A stretch of DNA of 64,000 nucleotides from NCBI RefSeq assembly GCF_009914755.1, contig NC_060932.1; one strand, written 5' to 3'. Shown here piece after piece: positions 20,726 to 32,871 of the stretch (its first letter is position 1; the number at the start of each line of letters is the position of its first letter). The notes under the pieces were generated by a model, which ran no database searches, was not told the origin of the DNA, and was given only the letters and a program-made list of their open reading frames with translations. The position numbers and the translations under genes were made by a program. This stretch comes from the human T2T-CHM13v2.0 reference genome, Homo sapiens.

Positions 20726-22388
20726 TATTACAGCACAGAGACTTATATCTCTGAATAGATCCCAACTGCAAGTCCCTGGAAGAGGGTCCACTGAGGCCCG
20801 GTCACCTCTGGGCAGGGTGGCAGGCTCTGGGAGGCCAGGGTTTCTGTCTCAGGTGGGGAGAGCTCCTGGAGAGAGGGACCTGGAAGTCAGTTCAACCAGG
20901 CAAGGCTGACTGGACACTCACTGGGATAAAGCACTGTATTCAGGAGTTAGGTCAGAAAGTCCACCTTTTAATCAGCCTAAGAAGACTGGAGACCAACAAG
21001 TTCATCTTCACAATCACTGAAATGTCTCTGAAGCACTGAGGTCTCAGTAGCAATAAAACAGAACTATGATAAGATGATGCAGGGGAAGGATGAGTGAATG
21101 GACAGATGGACGGGCAGATGGGCCTGTAGAAAGAAGGGTGGATTGACAAGGGAATAAACCTACCTGGATGGCCAGGAAGGATTTGGAACTCTTTCTACTC
21201 TGACCTTGCATACTTCACTCTCCTTCATAACTGGCCTGACCCTTCCATTTACAAATACCAAAAATGTTTTTCCCAGACAAGCTTGTCTCTTCTTTCATCA
21301 TGCAAGCTTCACTGCAGCACCTTCTCCTCTGCCAGTGGGAATTAACTCCATACAAAATGCACTCTGTGTGCATCTTTCAGCAGGCCACCCGAGACGACAG
21401 TCAGCATCTCCTGTTTGCTGCCTGTGGGTCAGGCCCTGCCTGTGGGTCATGCCCTGTTTGATACCTGTGGGTCAGGATCCAGCCAGCAGTGCTGGCACGG
21501 AGGGTCACAGAGCAACCTGGGTGACAGCGCCACACAAAGCCCAGCCAAGCCCACTCCTTCAAGGGCAATGAAGGGCATGGCTGCCCCCCAGAGGGCTGGC
21601 CCTCAGAGGGTCAAGTCCAGCACACACAGACGTTGTGTTGTATGATCGTTTTGCAGCAACCAGCCAACTCAAAACCTCACTTGTGTGATCGTTTCTCCAA
21701 ACACTTCAGGAGGCGGGTCACAGCCACATGGTCTGATTGACATCACATGACACACATTTGCCTCACCTCCTTATGCCAAAATAAGGCATATTCAGTTTTA
21801 TCTCCACTAATGGCTCTTTAGCTTTACCTTGTAATTGCAGTTTATTGTTTCATGGTTGCTGTAGATAATTAAATATGCAACCTTAACCTAAAATGTGACC
21901 TAAAATATTTAGCATTGAAATAGAAATATTTTACATGACAAAAATTAACAATTATGGTTTTAGAATAAACATTTTTAAAAGTAGACTGTTAAATTTAACC
22001 TTGTTCTATATTCCAAAGGTAGGATTTGGCTCAAATATTGAAAATTACCAGAAAGTGATGCTGGTTCAAAATGAGAAACATTCTAACTGGACAGGTTGCC
22101 TGTTGCTGGCATCAATCAAGTAGAAGCAGGATATTCACCTGCTACATGAAATTATCATATTAAACTACGTATAATTGTTACAAATTGTTTGTAATCCTCA
22201 ACTCACACTAATTTTAATTCTCACAACTGCAGATGCTAAGCATTGTTGGAATGAATGGCCTTTATAATCTTTTCAACTGCGAGTCCATATACTCTGGTAC
22301 ATCTGCCCCCCCTTATTCCCAAATTTAATCTATGCTTATTCTAATATGGACCTTATACATCAACAATGATTAAAAATACCACCTTATA

Positions 22389-22727
<339 letters not shown>

Positions 22728-23034
22728 CTAAATACACATATTCATTTCTGCTTCCTCTGCAACCCCACTTGAAAGGCTAGAAGGGATTTTTTAAAAAAGG
22801 TTGGGTGGGACAAACAAAAGAAAAACAGAAGGAATGAGCCCATGAGGACAAAGAAAACAAGATGACAGCAAATGCTCTCAGGAAAATTTTGGTAGCAGGA
22901 GAGTTGGTGAACAAATGATAACAGGTTTCTGCTTTTTCCACTCTATTAGCAGCCTGTGAAGAGCTGGGTGTTTGGGAGTGGTGACAGAAATAAGCCATGT
23001 AGCACGCCAGAAAACGTCCTCTCCACAAATCTGA

Positions 23035-23559
<525 letters not shown>

Positions 23560-25864
23560 TAATCAAGTATTCTTTGTATTCAATTTTATCTCCATCAGTG
23601 GCTCTTTAGCTAGCTATACCTTGCAATTTCAGTTTGTTTATCATTTCAGTGGTTGCTCTAGGGAATTAAATACATATCCTTATCACAGTCTACTTCATAT
23701 TCCTGTTATATCACTTCCTATCTAATGTAATCTGCTGTCTTAACAAGAGCAGAAGTTCGTTGCCTCACCATGCAACCTTTGTGCTATTGTTTCAAATATT
23801 TTATTTCTACATGTTACAAACATTATTATTTGGTGTTCTTTGTAGATTGGTTCTTTCAACCGACTTCCTGGATATATTTTTTCCTCCTTTGTAAAGGGAA
23901 AAAGACACAGGTCTACATAGTACTGAAAGATAAAAGCATCTCAGACTAGTATTCCTTCAATCACGGAAGTGTTTCTTCCACTTTTATCCTATTTTTGGAA
24001 GAGTAATCAACACTCTAAGAACTAAAAGAGAAGGGAACTCGTGTCAGATGTGCATACAATGCTAAAGGAATTTAAAATTATTTACAGCTCCTTCTTCTTT
24101 CCAACTGACTTTTTCATTGGAAATTTGTTCACAAAGTTAAAGGCACATCTCTTAACCAGAACAGAACATTTTGTACAGCAAAACAAGAGAGAAATTTCAA
24201 ACCAAAAAGAGATTTCATCACAAGGTTCGTATTTGGGAAGTAACTTTGCCATCTACCAACTTTGAGTGGTTTCAAAATTTAGTCTAAAATATTCTCATTT
24301 TCAAAGGCAAAGAATGAGAACAGAGAACTTTTAATTTTCAGATAAATCAAATGCATCAAAATTTGGATCTGTGCTTTCCAAGATTTAAGAGCTAGAGGTT
24401 AGAAATTATTTAAATTTTAATTATATGAAAATTAACACCAATTACTCTGATGCGGCTAAATAGAAAGTAGAAAAAAATTTTAACTGGAGACATTCTGTAA
24501 ATTTACTATTTGTGCCTGGCTAGGAACGATGTGTGGGAATGAGCTTCACCTGCCAACGGGAGGTGCATCTTTTTAAAACATGCATCTTTTTAAAAATTAG
24601 AGTCAACAAGACCCAAAATAAGAGTTTTCTAAGAAAGCAAGATATAATTTCATTCTCCCTTTTATGAGAATGTCTGTATGCTTCTCAAAATCTAAAAATC
24701 AAAAGTTTTCTTTTTAAAAGGTACTATGTATACCTGCTGAGACTGGATATTTTAGCAATTGGTTTATTTAGTTTGGTTACTGGTAAACTTTGTATAACCT
24801 ATTATGCCGTCAACAAAAAAAAGCCAATAAAACAATACCTCAACTCTACATTGTTTTTTTTCCCAGTGTATTTTTAGTGACATTATTCCTGACAAATTGA
24901 GAACAGAGGGTCAATGAGACACAATAGGATTTTAAGACAGAAAGGGAAGAAATTGCCTCCTATTGGAGAAGGCATACAATACTTAACTCAGGGTTTTATA
25001 TGTCACTGAGATGAGCAATATCCAACAACTTAGAAAGCTCCCTCATATACCGGCTTGCAAAAAAGAGACACGTAGGTGACGGATTCAAACCCAGTCGAAG
25101 AGCATGGACTTTTAACTCAACTGACAAAAAAAATAAAAAATAAAAAAATAAAGCGGGCGCAGGTGGAGACTGACCACAAAAAGAAATGTACCCCACCAGC
25201 ATCTGGATTGTCACACCCAGGTCCTAAGACTGCCAGTCTCAAGGTTTGTTGTTTAGCCCCTGTGAAAGCCTCACACGGTCACCACAAAGTGTCACCTCAG
25301 TTCTGTGATCCATAGCAGTTTTACTCCATTAACCGTGGCTGGCCTGAAATGCCCGGTCCTGGTCTTGCTTAGATGAGGACTTATGAAACCAAGGAAAATG
25401 TCAAAATAAGTATAGAGAAAATGAAACTCAACAATCCTATACTGATCACATTGTGTAAATTGTGTTTACACAGGTGTAATAACACATTTTGTAATAACTG
25501 GGCTCTTTGTTTAGGCTGATTTAAAGATGCTTAAAAATGCTTAACAGTATTTTTACTACCTGTATCCCTAGGTCGAGTTACCTGCATTTGACTCATAAGC
25601 AATTTCTAAGATTTGGTTTGTCATATTATAAGTCTGCTCCATTAGGTGTCTGCAGTTTAATTGAACATGTAGGTGGTATTATAGTTTAAGGAGGGTTTAA
25701 GCATTGAATGTTAATCAAAAACATTGATAAGCAAAGGAAAAATGAAAGTGACTCCTTTCATGACTGTTGTATGCTCTGTAAGTTGGGTGTAAAGGTTTAA
25801 GGTGGAAAAAACGTACCTCGAGGGAATTAATTTTAATATACGAGATAATAATTAAAGCATGATT

Positions 25865-27889
25865 GGCCGGGGCGCAGAGCAGCAGGTCCGCTTTGTCTCC
25901 CCGGGGCGCCGCGCGGTGCAGTTGGGGCGGCGCGGCGAGCGGGGCGCCCGGGCGCGGGTGCGGGGTGTCGGGGCGCGCGCGCCTGTTGGCCGCTCGCCGA
26001 TTCCTGCCGAGTGTAGAGAGGAGAGGGAGTGAACAGGGAGCGGGGCTTTTGTCTGTTGGTCTCTCTGGACTGAAAACAGGGAGAATAGAAGCCCAAGACT
26101 AAGCTTCTCAAAATGGTTTACTACCCAGAACTCTTTGGGTCAGTCAAGAACCATTTCCAAACAAGGACATGGAGGGAAGGTTTCCTAAGGGAAGACTTCC
26201 TGTCCCAAAGAAAGTGAACCGCAAGAAGAACAATGAGACAAACGCTGCCTCCCTGACTCCAATGGGCAGCAGTGAACTCCGCTCCCCAAGAATCAGTTAC
26301 CTCTACTTTTTTTAATCGTAACACCTCCATTTGTATTACATATGGTGTATGGGTATTGATGAGGTCATGGTATTATATATGGGATTTTTTTCTGTGTAAA
26401 TCATTAAGTATAAGAAGAAACTATGTGACTCTGAGCCTTGCTTTAGAGAATTTACAGTGGACAAATAGGTATCATCAAACCAGTTTTTAATCATTCTGAC
26501 TCAAGTGAAAATGCTCAGAATTTCACACCGTGAATCCACGTTTACAACCCTTACAGGTGGGCCTTCAGGCCTGGTTCGCTACAACGTCTTCCACAACTCA
26601 AACTCCCACCGTGCTCACACAACTGGTCCACTCCTGAGTCCCCCCTTTTTTTTTCATTTAGAATGTAACAAACCTAGTAGTTTATGCAATTGTCTGTATA
26701 TCTCTATATTTTATCCATGTACTCTTTTGATGTATAGAAGTAGTTTGAAACTCATTGTTTCCTTGTGGTAACTGACCGAGATGCTGCCACAGGACCTGAG
26801 ACACTGATGAATGGTGCTATTTTGGACTTTCAACATGCTCCTTGGCGAGGTAGCTCTGATGGAGTTATTTTTTATTTCCATGTTCTAAGAAGGTGTTGGT
26901 ACTCTGTTTCCCTGAATGTTGTTCTCTAGACTGGATTGACTTGTTTTCCTTGTGTCTTCAGTGTGGCTTTCTTCCTCAGTGTTGTAGGTTGAGTGAATGC
27001 TACCAGAGTGTGAGAGACGATTGTCTCGTCGGCTGGCACCCACAGACATGCAGTCACGGTAGTGGGAGCAATCACAAAACTGTAATTTACTTACCAAATC
27101 TCTTCCTTTCCGTTGCCTCGCCTGCCTGACTTAGAGAAAGAAAAGCAATAATTTTACAGGCATTTTGAGGTGTCTCTTTGGGTTCTTTCTGTTTGAAACG
27201 GTATTTGTGGAAAAAAAGAGCAAAACCTTTTTAAATAAATTCCCCCTGAAAAAAACCCAAAACACTGGCATCTGAGTAGGAATATGAAAATGACACCTTT
27301 TCCAAATATTAAATTGGAAAACAATGTCTACAAAATCATGGTACTTTTTTAAAAGGCAGAGCATTCTTTTTTGGCAATTTTGATAAGCAAGGTGTAGATT
27401 TACATCTTTGTCCTTGCTCCCAACGAAATGGATAAACAAAAATAAATTACCATCTACTCATGGAATGTTGTTGTGTTAGCCAGTCTGAAAGCCCACCTTA
27501 ATTTTTATATAACTGTCTTTTAGCTCTTCTTTTGACAGGGCAGGCCTTGTTCTGAACTGTTTCGCTTCTGACTGTTAAACACCGATGACGCATGCACTGC
27601 ACTTCTTTGTTTTCTTCTTGCTCCCCCATTGGCCTGAGTTTCTTGTGCATTACTCCTCTCCCTCCTTTGTTAGAATAGGTATATCAGCTGTGTAAATAGA
27701 GCAAGAAAACAGTATTCTGCATCTGTGGCATTTATGTAGAGTTGCAGCTGTATACTGCTGAAAATGCAGGCTTTTGTAACAGTGTGATCTTTACCGATGC
27801 ACTCATGACAAGTACCCAATGTATTTTAGCTATTTTAGTAGTATTTGTTCAATAAATATGCAAGCTGTAAGGTAAAAAAAAAAAAAAAA
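25865..27889 (+). pseudogene. NREP: Processed (retrotransposed) copy of NREP/P311 mRNA; CDS remnant 26113-26315 frameshifted by a 4-bp deletion
   Basis: Intronless MVYYPELF / VSQEPFPNKDMEGRFPKGRLPVPKKVNRKKNNETNAASLTPMGSSELRSPRISYLYFF* matches the 68-aa P311 protein; CDS span 203 = 207-4 nt; AATAAA 27851-27856; poly(A) 27874-27889; 15-bp TSD AATTAAAGCATGATT at 25850-25864 and 27888-27902. Confidence 0.93.
26800..26819 (+). promoter_or_regulatory. Extended miR-29b complementary site (NREP TDMD-trigger type)
   Basis: GACACTGATGAATGGTGCTA pairs with miR-29b-3p UAGCACCAUUUGAAAUCAGUGUU at nt 1-11 and 15-23, with a 3-nt miRNA bulge. Confidence 0.88.
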
Positions 27890-28959
27890 TTAAAGCATGA
27901 TTACATGGGAGTGTTGCTTCCCATGTACAAAAGCACTTCTTAGGAACTAAAGCACTAATACTTTCTGCAAGAACAATTGTCACTGATTTCTACTTTAGAA
28001 CTATAGGGCTGTGCAAAATGAAACTAAAATCAGAAACTATGACACCAAACAATCCATGTATTCTTACGAAATTCAGAAGATGGCCGTGTCTCTGGTTACT
28101 AGGACTTCTAGAAATTGAGTGCCTTAAAATCCTAAAAATTTTACAGACCATTAATATATTAACATGAAACCTGATCTTCTGCTAATGTAGTATCTGTAAT
28201 TACTATGAGAAACGTTCTATTTAATGATTTTCCATGTTTCTAAAAGTAAACTACACATAAGCAATTTTTAAACTTTTAGTAAAAGAAAAAATTGGTTTGA
28301 TCACACTACCTCTATTCTGGCAAACATGAACCCCTTTAAGGAAAATCATTCAAGTCATATGAACCCATTGACTAATTTATGCATCATTTTAACTAATTTC
28401 TTCCATAGGATTTCTATGTTGAAAATGAAACAATCTTCGATTCTTAAACAGGAGATGGATTCTACGAGTGGCTTTCTATAGGAGAAAAAACTTACTAGAA
28501 TAAATGTTTTATTAGCTTTAGCACATCTACTCAACATTCATAGAACTGCTAGGAATAAAAAGTGAAAAAACATGAAAATGAATGAAAAATGAGACTCAGA
28601 GAGATTAGCTGACGTGGTTCAAAAACAAAAGCCTCAGAGGAGGCCTGCATGCCATGTATGTACTGCTAAAGGGATGTGGTTCTAGAAACGAAAGGGGAGA
28701 GAATAAAATATATATTGGCAATGCTTAAACCAAAATGTATTAAGACAAAACAAACTTAAGGCACTAAAAACCAAGGATAAAAGTACTGAAAATAAATCTA
28801 ATGCTAAAACTTCTCACTGAACTCCAAAAGCAAATCTTTTGAACCACAGTATCATGTTAAAAACTAAGATTTTACAGCTGTGCTACTACTAATAGTGTCT
28901 GTGTGTGTAGATACACAGATGATATATAGATGAACAGAGAGCTGCATAGAGACATAGAT

Positions 28960-29379
28960 TGATAGAGCGATAGATTTTAAAACATTTATTTGCCATTCAC
29001 TACTTTGCAACAATTCTCCCAATTTGGTTTGAAAAGAGACAACAGTTGACTTTTGTTCAAAGTCCAAGTAAAGAGAGAGGCCATGTTTGGAGTGAGAATC
29101 CTTTAATAACTATATTTATTTCCAGAGAACAATAAATACAGAAATTGCAAGCAGTATATGTAACAGTAATATTTTCTTTAAATACAGAATCACCTACTTT
29201 TATACAACTTAACAGGCAAACATGTTATTTTGTTGTTGTTGTTTGGAAATTAGCATTGGGAAAAGCTATATAACAGAGGAAATTCCAAGTAAAATCAAAC
29301 AGTGTTCACTCTTAACTCTAAACACAGTGCTCCCACTACTGGTTCTGCATTGAGGCGGAGGGGAAGGCCAGAGGCAGGC
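28960..29379 (-). other. ATP6V1H: ATP6V1H 3'UTR with tandem poly(A) signals (distal end approximate)
   Basis: Follows the TAA stop; AATAAA on minus at 29115-29120 and 28985-28990; ATTAAA at 29102-29107. Confidence 0.7.
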
Positions 29380-29440
29380 TTAGCTTCGGGCGGCAGCGGT
29401 CTGGGGCTGCTCGGACTGGAGCTGCTTGCCAAGGTATTCC
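29380..29440 (-). CDS. ATP6V1H: V-type proton ATPase subunit H, terminal coding exon
   Basis: Polypyrimidine tract + CAG acceptor (29441-29443), then (W)EYLGKQLQSEQPQTAAARS*; phase matches the upstream exon ending ...CACAACTG. Confidence 0.95.
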
Positions 29441-31799
29441 CTGAAAAAAAAGAATGAAGTAAGGAGAATGAGAATTTCAATAGCAAAGAATCACTTCCAA
29501 AATTGAAACACATTATGCACTGTCATATATACTTACTTTAACATCCAAAAATAACTAAAAAGTCCTAGAAAATTAAACTTTTCCAAATTTCCAAAGTACT
29601 TGTGCTGTATGAATTCTACTTCATGTATCATACACAAACAAGTTATGACAAAGACAAACTAGTCATTCTCCTATTTTTATGAATAACTTGTAAAGTTATT
29701 ACGATTACACAAACAGGTGATTACAAGGAAATGTAATTACTTCCTGGGGAAAGACTACTTTCCTGTTCAGATAAAGGTCTTGTTTACTGCTACTGCCATT
29801 TCTGCAATCTAAGAAGTTCAACATCACCTCAATTACGATTCTGAATGACCTCATAAATGAAAAACAAATGTCCTGCTATTAGAGAATATGTGTATCTTCA
29901 CCCTGGGATGACACAAGAGTACGTGAAAATAAATCACCAAAAGTAGCATTGGGAGTCCCCACACCATCAGGAGCTACTGGTCTGGGGCACTCACTCTGCA
30001 CCAGCACAGTCTAAAGCCCACACAGAGACGGTCAGCCCAGAACCACAGAACAATCCCAGGAGCTGAGTAGCAGCACTCACTCCACAGATGGGGCAATGGG
30101 GCTCAGAGCAGTGGTCCCCAATCCTTTTAGAGCACTCTCATTCAGAAAATAAGCATGTGCCCACAGTATGTGCATATTTAGCTCTAAAGTACATACAGAC
30201 ACCACTGTGAATTCCAGGACAGAAAACAATCTTGTCCCTATTTTCCTTTGAGGCACTTGCCGAAACTTTTGTTTTAGAACCAATTAGGAAGAAGAAAAAG
30301 AGGCTTTTTAAGAAAAAACTATTTAAAAGTTTTCCTCTTATAAAAAAGCATGAGTTTTGGAATAGAGACGTGGGTTTACGTTCCAGCTCCATGACCTCCT
30401 GGGTATTCCCATGGGGGCTCTAGGAGGCACTGGGTATGGAGGCCCTGGCTGGGCTGCAAGCATCAGGTACACTGTCAATACCATCGTCTCTTGCCTATCG
30501 CCTATCAACTGTGTGAGCATCGCCAAGAAACCACCTTTGGGGGCCACCGATGTACACAGGTAAATATGACTCCGCCTCTCTCCACAGTGGTCCAGAAGAG
30601 GGCAAGCATTTCACCTGAGCTGCTCTCCCCCTGCTACTGCCGCCTAGGCCAAAGCAGCAAAGATTTTAAGACAGAAAAGACAGAAGCACTGGGAATGAGG
30701 ACAAGAAGGAAATGTCACGCAGTGGCGGAGCAGCAGGGAGGAGGAACTGGTGGCCCAGAGCATGTGAAGTGTCACGCACCACTCCCCCCAATCCAAAGGC
30801 TGTTCATTTTTTAATACCATGAGACTGAATGAAGCATCCCAGGACATGAAAATGGGTTATGATCTTTTCCATCCTTCAAGGAAAGTTCTTATAACTGACT
30901 CATTAATTTTGGATGTCACATTAAAGTGTTTAATATTCTTGTGCTACCAGGAACTACGCTGACATAATTTAGACAATGGGATCTTATTTCCAACCAGAAG
31001 TTAAGTTCACGCAAAGGCTGAAAGGGAAGCCATCCTATCATCTTTGTTAGACAGGAAAAACAAGAGTTTACAGTCACTATCAATGCTGCTCCTCTGGGAA
31101 TGCCTGCAACTTGGGAGCATTTGTGGTCACACAGATTTGTTTTCTTGGTGGTGGAGGTAATAATATTTATGGCAAATTTCCAGAACTTATAAATATATTT
31201 TTCCTACATATATGTGAGAAATCAAGCCTGAAGTTAGATATGCTTCATTTTAAGGAGGTCTTCAAATATTTCAATTTTAGACTCTTTAGTGTGGAGCCTT
31301 AGAAAACATTTTAAAAGTGTACTCAAAGACACTGTGCCACTCTCCAATGACAGTAAGACGTGGTTCTCTCCCTAAAGCACCAATGTCAAGGACCAACTTC
31401 TAAATGTAAGTTTCCAAAAATGACTAATAAGAATGTATGGGAAAGCCTCCAGGAGCTCAGGCAGGGAACTGGTAAGTTATCACAAAGGGTCCTGTGCGTC
31501 TGGTCACAGACAGGCTCCCACCTGCTCCATCCCTTCCAGAGGCCTGAGGGTAGTTCATTCCCCATATCAGACTTCACTAATACTTAGCAGACAACAAGTG
31601 GTGAAGATAATTGATTTCTTCACAAAAGAAACACTCTTGAAGTGGGGCCAAAGTAGGACAGTAAAACCTAGCACAGGTGCGCTGTTCCAGCAGAGAACGT
31701 AAAGACACATGCAGCCACAGCTTCCACCCTACCATCTTCCATTCATTTTTTTCTTCCTGGTCAAAGATATAAATTACAGGTAACATCCTCTCCTACACA

Positions 31800-32104
31800 A
31801 TTTTTTTTTTTTTTTTTTTTTTGAGACAGGGTTTTGCTCCATTGCCCAGGCTGGAGTGCAGTGGTGCAGTCACAGCTCACTGCAGCCTTGACCTCCCTGG
31901 GTTCAAGCCATCCTCCCACCCCAGCCTCTTGAGAAGCTGGAACTACAGGTGCTCACCACCATGCCTGGCTAATTTTTGTATATTTTGTACAGACAGGGTT
32001 TCGTCATGTTGTCCAGGCTGGACGCTAACTCCTGGGCTTTAGTGATATGCCTGCCTCAGCCCCTAAAGTGCTGGGGTTACAGGCGTGAGCCACCATACCC
32101 GGCC
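31800..32104 (-). mobile_element. AluJ-type
   Basis: Poly-T + CACAGCTCACTGCAGCCTTGACCTCC...AACTCCTGGGCT. Confidence 0.92.
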
Positions 32105-32574
32105 AGGCTCACTCTCGTTTATTCGTACATACAAGGTAGCCCGGAGGCATCTACTTCTTCCTGACCTAAGTACGTGACACATAGAAAAATCAGCACCTCC
32201 TTTCTTCTGCCTAGTTGACAGTTCATGTAATTTGGATTTGGGGGAAGAACAAGGACTCATATAGATGAAAAAGGGTCCAACTAAGAACCTGCACATCAGG
32301 GGCCCCAGGTGGAACTTTGTGAGCCTGGTTTGAGTATTGTAGGTCAAAATGCCAAAAGCCCAGCAAGAGAAGAGCCCAGACAGGATTCATGGAAAGAAGA
32401 ATACAATTTCCTCCTCAAGCTTTCTTGAAATTGTTGTTTGTTATGGCATGTGGGGTGTTAGATGGCTTTCTAACATACCAGGAGGAACTGAACTGTGGCT
32501 CCACTGAAAAGGGTATTAAAAACACCTAACCTATACGAACTTTGGGGAAAATCCACTCCTTCGAACTTGGCTTT

Positions 32575-32871
<297 letters not shown>

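Noticed and set aside
25833-26111. GC-rich ORFs 25833-26111(-) and 25863-26102(+)
   Set aside because: Stop-poor by composition, lie in the retrocopy's 5' leader, and have non-ATG starts
29295-29513. 72-aa minus-strand ORF over the terminal exon
   Set aside because: Wrong frame and crosses the splice acceptor; the true frame is EYLGKQLQ...RS*
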